A stretch of DNA of 64,000 nt from Lingula anatina (lineage: Eukaryota > Animalia > Brachiopoda). The stretch covers positions 9,920,001 to 9,984,000 of the forward strand of contig CM120649.1 of assembly GCA_051362555.1 (NCBI GenBank). Reading direction: 5' to 3'. The position numbers and the translations under genes are program-made. Below the pieces are notes generated by a model, which saw only the letters and a program-made list of their open reading frames with translations, did not search any database and was not told the DNA's origin. Below are positions 51,992-64,000 of this stretch, piece after piece (position 1 is the stretch's first letter; each line of letters begins with the position of its first letter).

Positions 51992-53242
51992 AACCGTTTA
52001 TGCCTGATGCTAGCTAATATATATACATCACATTCATTCATGAATAATAACAACACAATAGTAAAAAATGTTTATTTATTCTTGGGTTTCTGCCTAAACC
52101 ATAGATCAACATATCACTTTTCAACAGTGCTACATTTCTTAAAGTGTTCATGGCCAGAAATGTGCAGTATTTATGCGATACGCGAGGGCACAACAGTAGG
52201 GCTTCACGTGACTCAACTAACCAATCACAGCACAAGAATGGCATCGCACACAGACTCTGTGATAAGTGCTCCGCCCATTGTCAAGTAGTGTTAGTTCATG
52301 GTAACAAGCGTCTGATATGTGCAGAGAAGTTTATTATTATAATATATATTGTTCTTATTGTTACATTATTAAATCTAACTCTGTATCCAAGTAGTAACTA
52401 TAATGTACCAAGTCAGGTACTGATGATGTACAGAGGTCATATATTCCAGAATAAGCCATTACCACTGATTTATAACTTTCATTTTTGTTTAATATGTTAT
52501 TCATGAAAGAGTTCATGAAAGATTATTTTAATTTGTTAAATCGTGATCTTATTCTTTTTATATTCAAATAATTGAATACTGTGGGTAAAATTGGTCTTCC
52601 ACTTCTTATTTGCATTTTTCCTGTACTACAAGATTATTTTGGAACAGTTGCAGCATTAAAAATTTTAATAAATAGCAATCTGAAAGAAGAATTTTGCATA
52701 ATTAATAAATGATGATAGGAATTTTGGATTAAGAGATTAGTTAAATACTGAGTAGTGATATGGTCAGTCAATTTATGTAGAATCTGATAATATGATTGAA
52801 AATACTGATTGAATTCTTGGCCTTGCACTGGGCAGTTTTACATTTGTGCCAAGTGCTCTTTTTGGACTCCATTGTACAGTGGTAAAAAATCTTCAATTGC
52901 CATGAAATTTTTTAATCAGACTCTGTATGTTACTGCTATCAGCTGGTGCTATCGGCAACGAATTAATTTCCCTTTGTTTCTGAGTGAATCTACCGTCTAA
53001 AATCACTATTACTGAAAATATTTGCGTTTTGCTGAGGGTAGTCTAGGCAATATACAGCAAACTTCTTAGTACGTGTGTACAACAGAATTTTTTTTAAAAC
53101 CCTAGCGATATTTGGTCAGGAGTTGCTTGAAGCATAGTACAGCGTTGCTGTCTATCGGCATCAGGCCGATAGTTTGTCAATTCTCACGAATTACCCACGA
53201 ATCGCGAACCCATTCATTTTCCTATGGCAATCTAGCAACTCA

Positions 53243-54331
53243 TTAAAAATGCACGCATGCGCAGTGGGCTAGGCGTGACGTCATGCAGTGCATTTCTGGG
53301 GATGTAAATGTTTCTTCTGACATTACTGATGTTTCAGCTCCCGTGTCTAATTTGAAATCAATTAAACCATGACCCTTCACAGAAATTTCTTTTGACCAAC
53401 TTTTCTGTGCATTCACACCATTTACTCTGTTTGTCCAAACATGGACATTTTCCATATCATCTACAATACTATCAGACTCATAATATACATTTGACTTGTT
53501 ACTGTTATAGTTTCTTTCTTTAGTCAAGCAACATTTTGCATAGTGGTTCTGCTTTCCGCATTTTAAACAAGTTTTACCCATAGCTGGACAAATAGTGTCA
53601 CGGAAATGTATTCCTGCGCAGCGTGTGCATTGTGTCCTTGGACATGGGTTAAATATTCCTCGTTGAGGTTGTCCTCTGGGTCGCTGTGGTTGCTGTAATG
53701 GACCTCTATATTGCCTGGTTTCTCTGCGGAATTGCGGTTTCCTACCACTGGCACCCTTGACTACATGGACTGTTGTACTGGTCTCTCTTTGTTCTAATAT
53801 AGTTTTGGATTCTAGCTTTTGTTCGTGGAGATGTCCTTTTGTCATTATTTGCTCTAATGTTAAATCTTCATTCCACAATTTATCTCTTAATTCTTTAGAT
53901 TTCACTCCCACAGATATCTGCTTGCACAACTGGTTTTCTAGTGTTTTTCCATATTCACAGTACTTAGCAATTTCTCTCAGTCTTGATACGTAATCTGACA
54001 GACTCTCTCCTTCATTCTGATAGCATGTATCAAATTTTTTCATATATAACTTTACCAGTTTTTGTGGTTCAAAATGTTTGTCAAACTTTTCTAATACGAT
54101 TTGAAAGTCGTCTTTATCTTCTTCATTGTCGAAGGTAAATGTCTCAAACACCTTTTTGTGTTTGTTATCTAGGCCGTAAATTAAAATTGCTACCTTTCGT
54201 TTGTCCTCTGCGTCTTCCAACCCAGCAGCAAGGAGATAAATTTTCAGTTCCTCCTTATATTCTTTCCACGCGACATTTTGCGCGGCGACATCACGTGCCC
54301 TGAACTTTGGAGGTGAAAATCCAGTTGCCAT
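53243..54331 (-). CDS. gag: Gypsy gag-protease ORF, truncated at ~53300 by an insertion
   Basis: 362-aa ORF with two zinc knuckles 'CTRCAGIH...CPAMGKTCLKCGKQNHYAKCC' and aspartic protease 'FKLDTGAETSVM'; starts just after the PBS. Confidence 0.92.
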   Translation of the reverse strand: MATGFSPPKFRARDVAAQNVAWKEYKEELKIYLLAAGLEDAEDKRKVAILIYGLDNKHKKVFETFTFDNEEDKDDFQIVLEKFDKHFEPQKLVKLYMKKFDTCYQNEGESLSDYVSRLREIAKYCEYGKTLENQLCKQISVGVKSKELRDKLWNEDLTLEQIMTKGHLHEQKLESKTILEQRETSTTVHVVKGASGRKPQFRRETRQYRGPLQQPQRPRGQPQRGIFNPCPRTQCTRCAGIHFRDTICPAMGKTCLKCGKQNHYAKCCLTKERNYNSNKSNVYYESDSIVDDMENVHVWTNRVNGVNAQKSWSKEISVKGHGLIDFKLDTGAETSVMSEETFTSPEMHCMTSRLAHCACVHF

Positions 54332-55502
54332 TATGTCTCTATTACTGCAGTTTACTTTTGTCTTGAGACCGCTTCTGACACCATGTTATGTCTTGTGCTT
54401 GTTTGCACTCTGCGTGGGTTATAGATTAGTGACTATCATTACTATCTTTTACTCATCACTCAAGACCATGCCATCTTACTATCCTTTATTTCCTAAAGAG
54501 CTCTTGCCACTGCATGGTGTTGCCACTAGACAAGACATTACAAATTCTACAATAATGGCCCGATCATGCTGATTTTCGAACTTGACCTGCGTTTTATGAA
54601 TATTCGTCAGCTCTGTAAATATAAAGCCAAAAAGTAAAACTGTCTTCCACTTATGGTGTTAACGCTGAAAGTGCACGGCGACGGCGACGGTGACGGCGAC
54701 ATGAGCGGCGACGACAGACGCAGGTGATGGCAATATGTACAGACACCTCTGTGTCTGTACATAATAAATGAATTGAATTTAATTAATTGAAACTTGGGAT
54801 GGTCGTGCTAGGTCACGTAAGTGTACACTCCATGGTTTGTGTTATTCTTAGTTCAGTTCATATATTACGACTTCGACAGATTACTCAAGAGCCTGAGGAA
54901 CAAGAAGAAGGCCTACTTACAAATTATAATAGAAGAAACAACGTCAGTTCTCCAGTCAATTTTCTGAATGGAGAGTTTGAAGTAGATGACAGCGTTCTTC
55001 AAAAGCACTTTAATCTGCAGCGTCAATGTTCTGTGGCACATTGTAAAATCTTCACCAGCACATTGCATCGTGATGTGACAGCTGTGAATTGAACAACTGA
55101 CACAGTCGATACCACTTGTTTCCTTCACTTCAGATGTCTCATCCTGAACTCACCGATAAAGTTTGCCAACAGAATCTATAACAAAACCATCTAAGAAAAG
55201 TGTCCTGATGGAAGGTGACTCTCAGTGTACAGAACGTTTGATGAAAAATCCGGCTTTTCAGCGTCATCCTTTGCACGCGGCATATATAAACATTGTTGAA
55301 TATAGATGGCGCTGTGAAAAAGGTGAGGCTTAGGATTTGTAATGGACTGCGGCCAAGATACCTGTGCAAGGAGGGAGGGGGTTTGGCATCGTAACATTAC
55401 CAGGTCCAGACGTACACTGTGATAGTTATTGTGATTTATTGTGATTTGTATTTAGCAGAAAGACCCAAGGTCGAGAGCTTCAACGAAGTGTCAATCTGAA
55501 CA

Positions 55503-57011
55503 TTTTGACTTCTACTAGTTCTGAACTCTCGAAATGAGGCATAGTCTGTATATGATTCTGAAAACACGGTATTATGGAGTGGGTGGGGGTATGTCTTGGA
55601 GACGGCTTATCAGGGGGAGAGGGGGGGCGGAATCAGTAGGGGTGGGTTACATTCTTTTTGTCTACTAAAAGGCTAGGGGTGGGCCCCAAAAATTGAGCCA
55701 TGCATTTAGGATGGGCCACATGCTAACTAGGATTTATTTTGGCATCAACTATGTGCAATTTTTGGGAACAACTATACTACACTTGGTCGAAGTAAAACAA
55801 CCTGAAAGAGGTCTGTTTCTGGTTCTTTTTTTTAACAAGCAGTTTTTAGAACAAATAACAAAAGTTTCTTGTAGTTATCAGAGAACAGTTATAAAAGCGC
55901 ATCACTGTCAAAGCCTGCCACCCAGGAATTCATTTAGAAACATATCCATAGCTGCCGTACCATAAAGTATTCTACCCAGGAAACACCCTTGTGCAAAGAA
56001 TACGTTTCTAAAGACAGGATTAATACACATCATTTTTTCCAAATAGTTGTCGGTTTAACAGATTTTGCATCTGTTGGGAATCAAACACGGACTGCCCGCG
56101 TTGCAGGCGAGCATTATTCCATTGAAGCTCGAGTGCTTCTAAGACGTAAATGTGCCCGGATGGCCCTGCCCCCCCCCCCCCCCTCCCCAATAATCCTTCC
56201 GTGATGCTTTCAAACTTCTGTGCAAGTTTAAGTGATACTCTTATTAGTCTATATGTTCTGTATTTTGAATGAGTTACCGACACCAATTTAATTTCATTTA
56301 AAGCGGCAATCTACACCTCCAAAATGTCGTAAGGTATTGTTATTGACATAATTAGATATACCTGTATCTTCTGCAACTCATAGATTTGTGTGATGAGTTT
56401 AATAACTGACACAGAGATAGTAGTAAATATATATGTATTCTACATAATGTACATACATGTATAAAATGTGTGTTAATTAAAACAAAATTTTTTAATTTTT
56501 AAAATTCCTTCAAAATTAAATTTTGTTTAAGATTTCTTATTTCATCATTAATTTTAAAAATCAAACGCACGGAACTTTCTCAGGACTGCCCTCTTTGGCC
56601 CAACTAATGTGTACATATATGTATTAAGACGAGGAAGGGTGTTTCTGTTACTGGACTTCTGTCATTAGATCTCCTTTTGTGTAAGCTTTACCTTACGTGT
56701 ATTTCAAGTACTGATGAAAATTAAATGACCATAATTAAAAACGTATAAACTATTTACATCCATTTTGATTCAAAGACTGACGTAGCAGGTACGAGTGTTA
56801 ACTTGATTGCCAGAAATAGTTTCACTCAGTACTTTTTATTACTATTCATTCAAACCAATGGTAATAATCTGGTTTTCTGCATGAAAGGAATTAAATTCAA
56901 AAACCAGATTTTGACCTCTAGTTCTGAACTATCGAAATGAGGTATAGTCTGTTTATGATTCTGAAAACACGGTATTATGGAGTGGGTGGGGGTATGTCTT
57001 GGAGACGGCTT
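55503..57011 (+). repeat. Local direct duplication of ~105 bp (55503-55608 and 56909-57011)
   Basis: ctagttctgaact(c/a)tcgaaatgagg...ggtatgtcttggagacggctt in both copies. Confidence 0.9.
56066..56136 (-). pseudogene. tRNA-Gly(GCC)-derived pseudogene or SINE head
   Basis: GCACTCGAGCTTCAATGGAATAATGCTCGCCTGCAACGCGGGCAGTCCGTGTTTGATTCCCAACAGATGCA is collinear with the metazoan tRNA-Gly(GCC) consensus; the anticodon reads GCA and the stems are degraded. Confidence 0.75.
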
Positions 57012-57675
57012 TCTCTCTGTGCTCCAGATCTCGCTTTCTTGAAATCGAATAATTCGTGATTTTTATGTATATTATTGAGTCATTGAACATTCATCTTCAT
57101 CTTTGTTATCTTGTTATAACCAGTAGAAAAATTACAATATGAAAGGCAAGTAGAGCCTTAAACAATATATCGTCGACACAGATTACATAAAATTACATTT
57201 TTCACAGGAAAAATTCAAGCTTTATGCGCATTTACAGTTCAAGTTCACTGTAGAAATAGCGTCTTTCTCTCTCTCTCTGTAATAGATACAAAGTTGTATT
57301 TTGACATTAGAGGAAACAAAGAAAAATGACATAGTTACTGTAGGTGCACAGGGAACAGGTGTAGTCTGTCTGTGACCTTATTGCTTTTGCATGCGAAGGC
57401 GTGCGCACGCTCGAGAGAGGATTTATTTAACGTTGGATTGTGGTATTAAGCTACAACGTAATTTCTTTGACTTTCATTTGAAAAAAAAAGATGTCCTTTT
57501 CGAATGCGGTAGGCAACATGTTTGTAGAATGTGACGTCACTTAAAATGACCAGTTCGAAAATAAGTTAGAAATAACTAGGTTTTGCAAATTATACCCTGT
57601 TGACTTTGAGTTGAAACAGGAAGGGTGGCGCAGGATAAAATGTGTCTCGCTTTGCTCGGCAAATGTAAAACACAA

Positions 57676-59370
57676 ATTCTCTATTGTTAGCAAATGCACC
57701 ATGGCGATTTGGCACCATACAATTAATGATTTATTATAAATAAAGTGATAGACAAATATGAGGAGAACAGTAAAGCTATAGGCTATCTTCAAACTATAAG
57801 AGCTGTTCACGTGTGACACAAATGAAAAACACATTGTGGTATTATACATTGCAAATAATACTTTTTATTACAGATATATGAACAACTTCATTCTACATTT
57901 GTACAGAAATATCTGGATGAGGAACTAACCTGCTAAGAGACGTTAATTAAAACCTTTTAACGATATTCTTTAGTGAGATAAATGGTGATTTTATGGCCTC
58001 CTGTATGTACATATTTACAGTGGTCAACGGCTTATCACATCTAGCACATTTCCATTAATTTTGTGGTTGTCGTCACAACCATGTTGAGACAGGACAGATG
58101 TTAGCATATACCGCGTATATGAAAAGTTGTTTTTACGTTTGGACCCATGCTAAAATATCATTTCCCGGGGAAATAAAATACAAGCGCTTTAAATTTCATT
58201 TCTTTTATAAGATAAAACATAATGCCATTTGAGTGTTGTATGTCGAATAATCATGTGATATATGATATGTGTTGGAGATGTGTGTATGGAATAGTACTGG
58301 CCGGTTGAAATAACTGGAGGATATTGGCGAGGTATAATAAATTGTTACTATTCGTGCATAATAACTGTTTATTAACTGTTACATGGAAGTATTGGCAATT
58401 GCAGTTGCAGTCGAGTTAAAACTGGCGGCAAATGAACTTGTGTAAATATAAAAAAGAAAAAATTATTTTCCATTCATCAATACCTCTGGAGATATCCCGT
58501 TGTCTTTTGGCGTAGTCACTATATTACACCTATATTAACTTATCAGTGTAATGATTGACGTGTGTTTATATAACTGTCAATTTCAGGTGTAGATAAGGTG
58601 AGCTGAAAACTTGGTTTTAATCTCTTTTTTAAACAGCTCTCAGAGGTTCATCATTTTTCTTCAATGAACAAAGCTTAAGCTAAGCTATTTTCACCTCACC
58701 TGTGATAAAATAGACCGCAATACATGTAGTGTGTTTCACCAGCTAGTGATAACATGCATATTTTAAACTACGCAAATAAAGAGTTCCTTTGTATTCTCCC
58801 GCTCCAATTTATACATCTGAGGACCGTGGCTCTCTTCGACAGCTTTTAGTTATCATCTGAGTGTTAATTAAAAAAAACTGCATGCTCAAAAGTTAAAATT
58901 TTGAATAAAATACGTGCTCTATCAGGGAGCCAGTGCAACTGTTTTAAAATAAGTGTGATATAAGTCTCCCTGGGTTAAAAGACGAGATGATTTTTTTTTT
59001 TTTTTTTTTTTTGATTCGCTGCAGTTTTTCATTCTTTCTTATGTACAGCCATAGGGTGCAGATATGCAGTAGTCTAATGATTTTATTATTTTTTATTGCG
59101 TTAATATCAAGATGCGTATTTCATATTAGAGATATTGAAAAATGTTGTTTTGTCAAACGCTGACCTTACTAACGTATCGAACTCCTCACGCTTGATGTGG
59201 TTTTGACCTTCAGTAAGGCGGCAACTGTACGTGAACAGCTCTTATAGTTTGTAGATAACCTATAACTTTACTGTTTTCCTCATATTTGTCTATCACTTTA
59301 TTTACAATAAATCATTAGTTGTATGGTACCATATCGCCATTCGATTGGTGCATTTGCTAACAATAGAGAA
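57676..59370. repeat. ~135-bp inverted repeat pair (57676-57812 / 59230-59370)
   Basis: tctctattgttagcaaatgcacc...aagagctgttcacg vs cgtgaacagctctt...ggtgcatttgctaacaatagaga. Confidence 0.88.
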
Positions 59371-60423
59371 TGCGCGCGCGCACACACACACTCACACATG
59401 CATTCATGAAAGAATATGAACAAAGATGAGAGAATTATATGCATAAAATATCTTTTATTGTACAGATAAAAATATCAAAGCATCGTATATTCACAAATAA
59501 TTCGCCGGTTATTTTATGTCTATAACTTTGCTCGAGATTTATAAATTTATAATAAATTTATAAATCTCGAACAAAGTACCGAGTTTCCGATTGCAGCATT
59601 TCTGTTTACCTCCAAATGGCTCAATCTCATGGTCTGTTGGTCAAACAACAAAAACTGCTCAGATATTTAAATCATTGTACCATATTGCGTCACATCAAGA
59701 TAGCCAGTGACCTACATAATGTCGTTTCAATTTAGGGTTGATAAGGATCTGAGGTTAATTTTCGTCTGGCATTTTTTGAAATATGCTAAACACAAATTCG
59801 TCCAATGTATTTTTAATGTTGTAAAGTACAAATGAAGTTTCATCCGTAAAATATTGGTGAGAGTTGAAAAGGAAAGGCGGCCACTTTAGCCTGCCACCTC
59901 CCCCTACCATGAATGTAATGGGATGGACAGCCTGGAAGGAGACGTCACTGCCTCAGTGCTCAATGATCAGGAAGTGGATCGAAGGCGGCTTAGATATTAA
60001 GTATAAGAATGTCGTAATTTCAGCCATATCAATATAACGTTTTGAGAAATCAATGTCAGGTATTTGGTGATAAGTTAATTGTGATTTATTTTTGAAAAGT
60101 ATTTTGACGCCCGTTTGCTTAAAAGTGGTTTTGGTCATTTCCCAACATTTTCCCCACGTACTATTTATTTCCTCCACCACTTCATCTCATTGCATCTCAT
60201 AAATCAAAGGAAGATGCAGTTGCACTTCATTTTCAGTATTTTGAACTTCGTCGGTAGAAATAGTATTGGCAGTGGAAGTTTACCGTGAAAAATGGCCAAG
60301 GAGGGGAAAATGCTGTGAAATGACTTGTAAGGGTCTGGCCATTGACATGTTGATATTTAGTGAGCAGTTGGTAGTGGAATTATAGAATATGATACAGCCT
60401 TTTAGGTATATATATATATATAA

Positions 60424-60474
<51 letters not shown>

Positions 60475-62683
60475 AACGTCCATTTCTGGAGTAAAGAACA
60501 TAATTCAAGTATTAAGGGGGTACAGTAATATACTTCCATTTCGAATATTGACAAGATTTCATGAATTAAAATTTGATATTTCATTTCATGTGTGAGCTAA
60601 ATTGAAGTCCTTGAGATTTCTGCGTGACAGATTATAAGATGAACCCTTCAAGAAATAAGGGCGAGTTGATAGCCCGCAATGTTGTTTGGGACGGATTTGA
60701 AAAGGCTCTGTCTAAAGGCGATTTTTTTCACGTGTTTTATTTATCAATATAACATCACGAACTTGAGTTCTTATAGGAATTAAATGTGATATATTTAAAA
60801 CGTGATCATATATCAGAATGCATGGTCATCCCTTAGAAAGCTTATTTTATTGAATTGAAATATGTTCTATACTATCGTAGTTTCAAGTTGGTCACACGTG
60901 ACATGTAAAATGATACTATTTGTGGTATTCTTCAGCAAGACAGCAATGGGTGACTTTCTAGTTTAGATCGAATGCGAATTAAGGAAGCAAAAATATTCCA
61001 AATTTTATGTCGGTTTAAAGCCCAAATTTTTTTCTGTAACATTCAGCAATTTCAAATAAATCGCCAAAGAACACTATCGAAACCGCTGATAAATTCTACA
61101 ATCCCGGTGTCGAATTCTTAATTTCTGTTTTTACCGGCTTCAGTCTCATTCTCCAAATGGACTGAAATCTAGAATGTAACAACAAACGATCATTGTGTGT
61201 CTTTCTTTTAATGTTCAGATGAGAAAAAAGGCACATCGTCCCTTGAAATTTGAACATTTGCTGACTTGTTGAAAAAGAAATGTAATTTTACGAAACAAGA
61301 TCGATTATTTTTTTTTTTTTACTAGTGAAGTATGTAGAATTTACAAATTTCAATTTTCATTTGCGAAAATTCCCTTCTTGAAAAGCTGATATTGTACATG
61401 TAAATGCCATTCATAGGATGGAAAAGCAACTTATTTTGTTTTTTAGTATTTATCTCTGAATGTAGTTCTTACAATGTAAAATATGGCACTTTTTATCCTG
61501 AAAATGACTTATATTTTGCCATTCATCTGTTGAACAAATACAGGTTCTGGGTAAAGATGATAGGACCATTTATGTGATTGAAAATAATGTTATTTTTCCA
61601 AATTTAACTGTTTTCGGCAATTCTCTCTAACCAGCGTTTTTCCTTCTATTGACCAGATGATGCAGAAATATCGTGATATTTTCTCGTATTTAGAACAATT
61701 TATGTTCAGAAGGTTGCAAATTATTTGTTTCAAGATTTTTGAAATTGAAAATGGATGTAGGAAATATGAGAAATACCGTGATATGTACCTTGGATTTTAA
61801 TCCAGATTTCATAAGTGAACATGTAGTTTGTTTTCTAAATAGATTTTTTTTGTTTGTTTTTGTAACGATTTTTTAAATTTTCATATTCATTTTATTATCT
61901 AATGTTCATTAGTCTTTACATTTTGTCAATAGCTGTATAAACGTTGTATTAATTTTTGGGGACTTTTGACACTTTTTTGCCAAATATAACGAAAGTGCGT
62001 GTCCGTTTTTTTCGTTCCCAACGATAAGTGTCGGACTTCAAAAAAGCGTGCAATTTTAAACAGAGCATTTAACAAATGTCTCATAGTTTTCATTGTTATA
62101 TAAAGATAAAACAATGGCGGATCCAGGACATTTTAAAGGGGACAAGTGTTGACATTTGGGGCGTGATGAATTCTTTCGAGGACTTGATCATGTGAGTCCA
62201 GAATGGGTCTCTCTCCTCGGGGAGGGCGGAGACTAGATCCACTATTGTTTTTTTTAAGAAGTTGAAAGATTTTGTTCGTTTCATTAAGATCAAACATAAG
62301 ACCATTAATGTGGTAGACAGTTTATTTGTCAAGTCGAATAGATAAGAATGTTATATTTTTACACTTTTAAGTGAATTTAAATGCAGACATCAATCATATT
62401 CTCACAGATATTTGCAGTAATAAAAAGACTTACGACAATGATGTTTTATAGATACATGTTTTATTAATAACTGAGTACAGTAAAATAAATTTGAATTGTT
62501 CTTAATAAAAAACTTACTGAATATACAAAATGTCTTAGTGTTTTCCTGATGGCTACACGGCTCAGTGGTAGCCTGGGGTTGGGGTCCGATTTCTAGCTTG
62601 GGCACTTTGGAATTACAAAGGGGTGCTATCAAAATTTTTCTTCGGTTACTATAAGAAGAAAGTCTGCCCGGGGAGGGTGGGTG

Positions 62684-62755
62684 GGAACAGTTAGAGAAGT
62701 AGTGAACGCGCTTGCCTCTGAGACAGAAGGTCCCCAGTTCGATTCCTGGCGCTTC
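62684..62755 (+). other. tRNA-like sequence (SINE head or tRNA pseudogene); a weaker one lies at 62849-62925
   Basis: B-box GTTCGATTCC within a T-arm-like ccagttcgattcctgg; degenerate A-box upstream. Confidence 0.45.
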
Positions 62756-64000
62756 TAGGTCCTAGCAAATTACCTTTTACAAAAATACACCCAAATAAAC
62801 AATTTAGACTACTACAAGAGGATCATACGAATGAGGAAAAAGTAAGTTGGGGCAGTGACTCAGTGGGTAAGGCGACAGACCAAGAAGGAGAAGAAGACTA
62901 AGTTAATAGAAAAAGGTTCGGGTCGAGCTGAAGAAAAGAAAGTCGAGAATGATGTTTCGCACATTTTTTAAACTACATATCTTGCAACTTTTATGTACGT
63001 TTATTATAACAAATACAAGTAATTCCACTATACAGATGTATGCAAAACCCATACATTACGTTTTGGCTCTACATAAAAAGTAATTTTTATAACGACTTCG
63101 CATTTCGAGATGTAAATCGAGCTTAAATACAACTATCTATAACTAAATGTGTCGGAGGTTCTATGCATTTTGAAAATTGTCGCTCAAGATCAATCGTTTT
63201 GGTTTTGAAAAAGTGTTCAAGAACACTACATACGAGACGACATAATACTGACCAGAACAAGAAATTCTCAGGTTTTTGCTGCGACGAGAAAGTTGAAGAT
63301 TTGACGTGAAGTATTTTACAGCCATTGTTCAAAGTTGACATTGGTGTATTAGTCTTGTGACTGATACAAAATTTCGCCGAGGGGCATTTTTATCCAAAGG
63401 CAAAGGTGGTATCAAATTGAAAATTTAAAATGCATATGATCTCATGTAAGCGTTCCCCCCCGCACGCGGGTACACACTCATGACACCACAACTTCTATGT
63501 CGCCATGCTGATGATCACACACAACACCAAACAGCAGTCAAACATTATTCAATTATGCAAATTTGATGAGTGCTTTTCTCATAGATAAATAAATGTGTAC
63601 CTCATATTTTGCGTCATCTTTTCTTTTCTTTAAATCTTAAAATAGGATTTAGATGGCACAATTTTGAGTGAACAATTAAATGTATGCGTCGTGCGAATCA
63701 AGAACAACATGAAGACATGGTCAGTTTACAACCTTATCCTAGTCATAGTCATTTTTAAGAACAATTTGTAAACAAAATTGAAAAGGTATGCGAAAACCGG
63801 TTAAATTAAATCAACTAATCACATTTACTCAGAAAATGCTAATAGACTCAAAGATCTCTGGTGCTCGGTGATCAAGAAACATTCAGTAAAAATAACCCAA
63901 CAGCACTGCAGGACTGGCACCTAATCGGGCCTTTTGTTCTCAATCACCCCTTGATCCCGACCGCAAAACAGAATTAAGAAAGTACCAAGTGCAAGATCAA

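Larger units (their letters stand above)
49433..54542 (-). mobile_element. Gypsy/Ty3 LTR retrotransposon (Mag-like), internally deleted
   Basis: LTRs 49433-49587 and 54384-54542 (TG...CA, near-identical); 5-bp TSD AATTC (49428-49432, 54543-54547); PBS TGGTGTCAGAAG (complementary to a tRNA-Leu 3' end) at 54372-54383; PPT GGAAAGAAAAGAGGG at 49588-49602. Confidence 0.95.
47463..54765 (+). mobile_element. Helentron/HINE-like element (~2.2 kb without insert) hosting the Gypsy element
   Basis: AACAAGAG head with subTIR atgtacagaca (~47494); 3' (GGCGAC)n tract and hairpin atgtacagacac-ctct-gtgtctgtacat (~54736-54762); ~159-bp internal repeats resume after 54547. Confidence 0.78.

Noticed and set aside
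56066-56136. Functional tRNA-Cys (GCA anticodon)
   Set aside because: The body is tRNA-Gly-like with a broken acceptor stem and mutated T-loop (GTTTGA).
60280-60595. IYIYIY-type ORFs (also 13460-13756; poly-Thr 3922-4182; His-Thr 1020-1322)
   Set aside because: They are microsatellite translations.

Overview
AT-rich, repeat-dominated metazoan genomic DNA. The repeat families and GT-AG splice signals suggest an invertebrate, probably a mollusc (inference). I recognise no intact conserved host protein gene. Most of the window is decayed, often nested transposons: Tc1 elements (2928-3663, 6147-7776, 35115-36579 and a truncated copy at 42756), a Gypsy LTR element (49433-54542, minus) with a second Gypsy remnant inside it, an RTE-X-like LINE split by a five-level nest, L2/CR1 and Penelope fragments, Helentron/HINE-like elements with internal satellites, and Kolobok-, CACTA-, Academ- and PIF/Zator-like non-autonomous elements. 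There is also a 4-kb element with 70-bp TIRs and an 8-bp TSD. Signals not explained by TEs: (i) an inverted pair of paralogous spliced units (about 11.3-13.1 kb minus; 21.1-29.9 kb plus), one giving an open 63-aa two-exon ORF and the other having TGA at the matching TGG codon; (ii) an array of about 95 28/29-bp hairpin monomers that forms a 172-bp six-monomer higher-order repeat and lies just downstream of a minus-strand splice acceptor; (iii) tRNA-Gly-derived copies within collinear duplicated blocks about 55 kb apart. All calls were made by eye, and family names rest on recalled motifs, not database searches.
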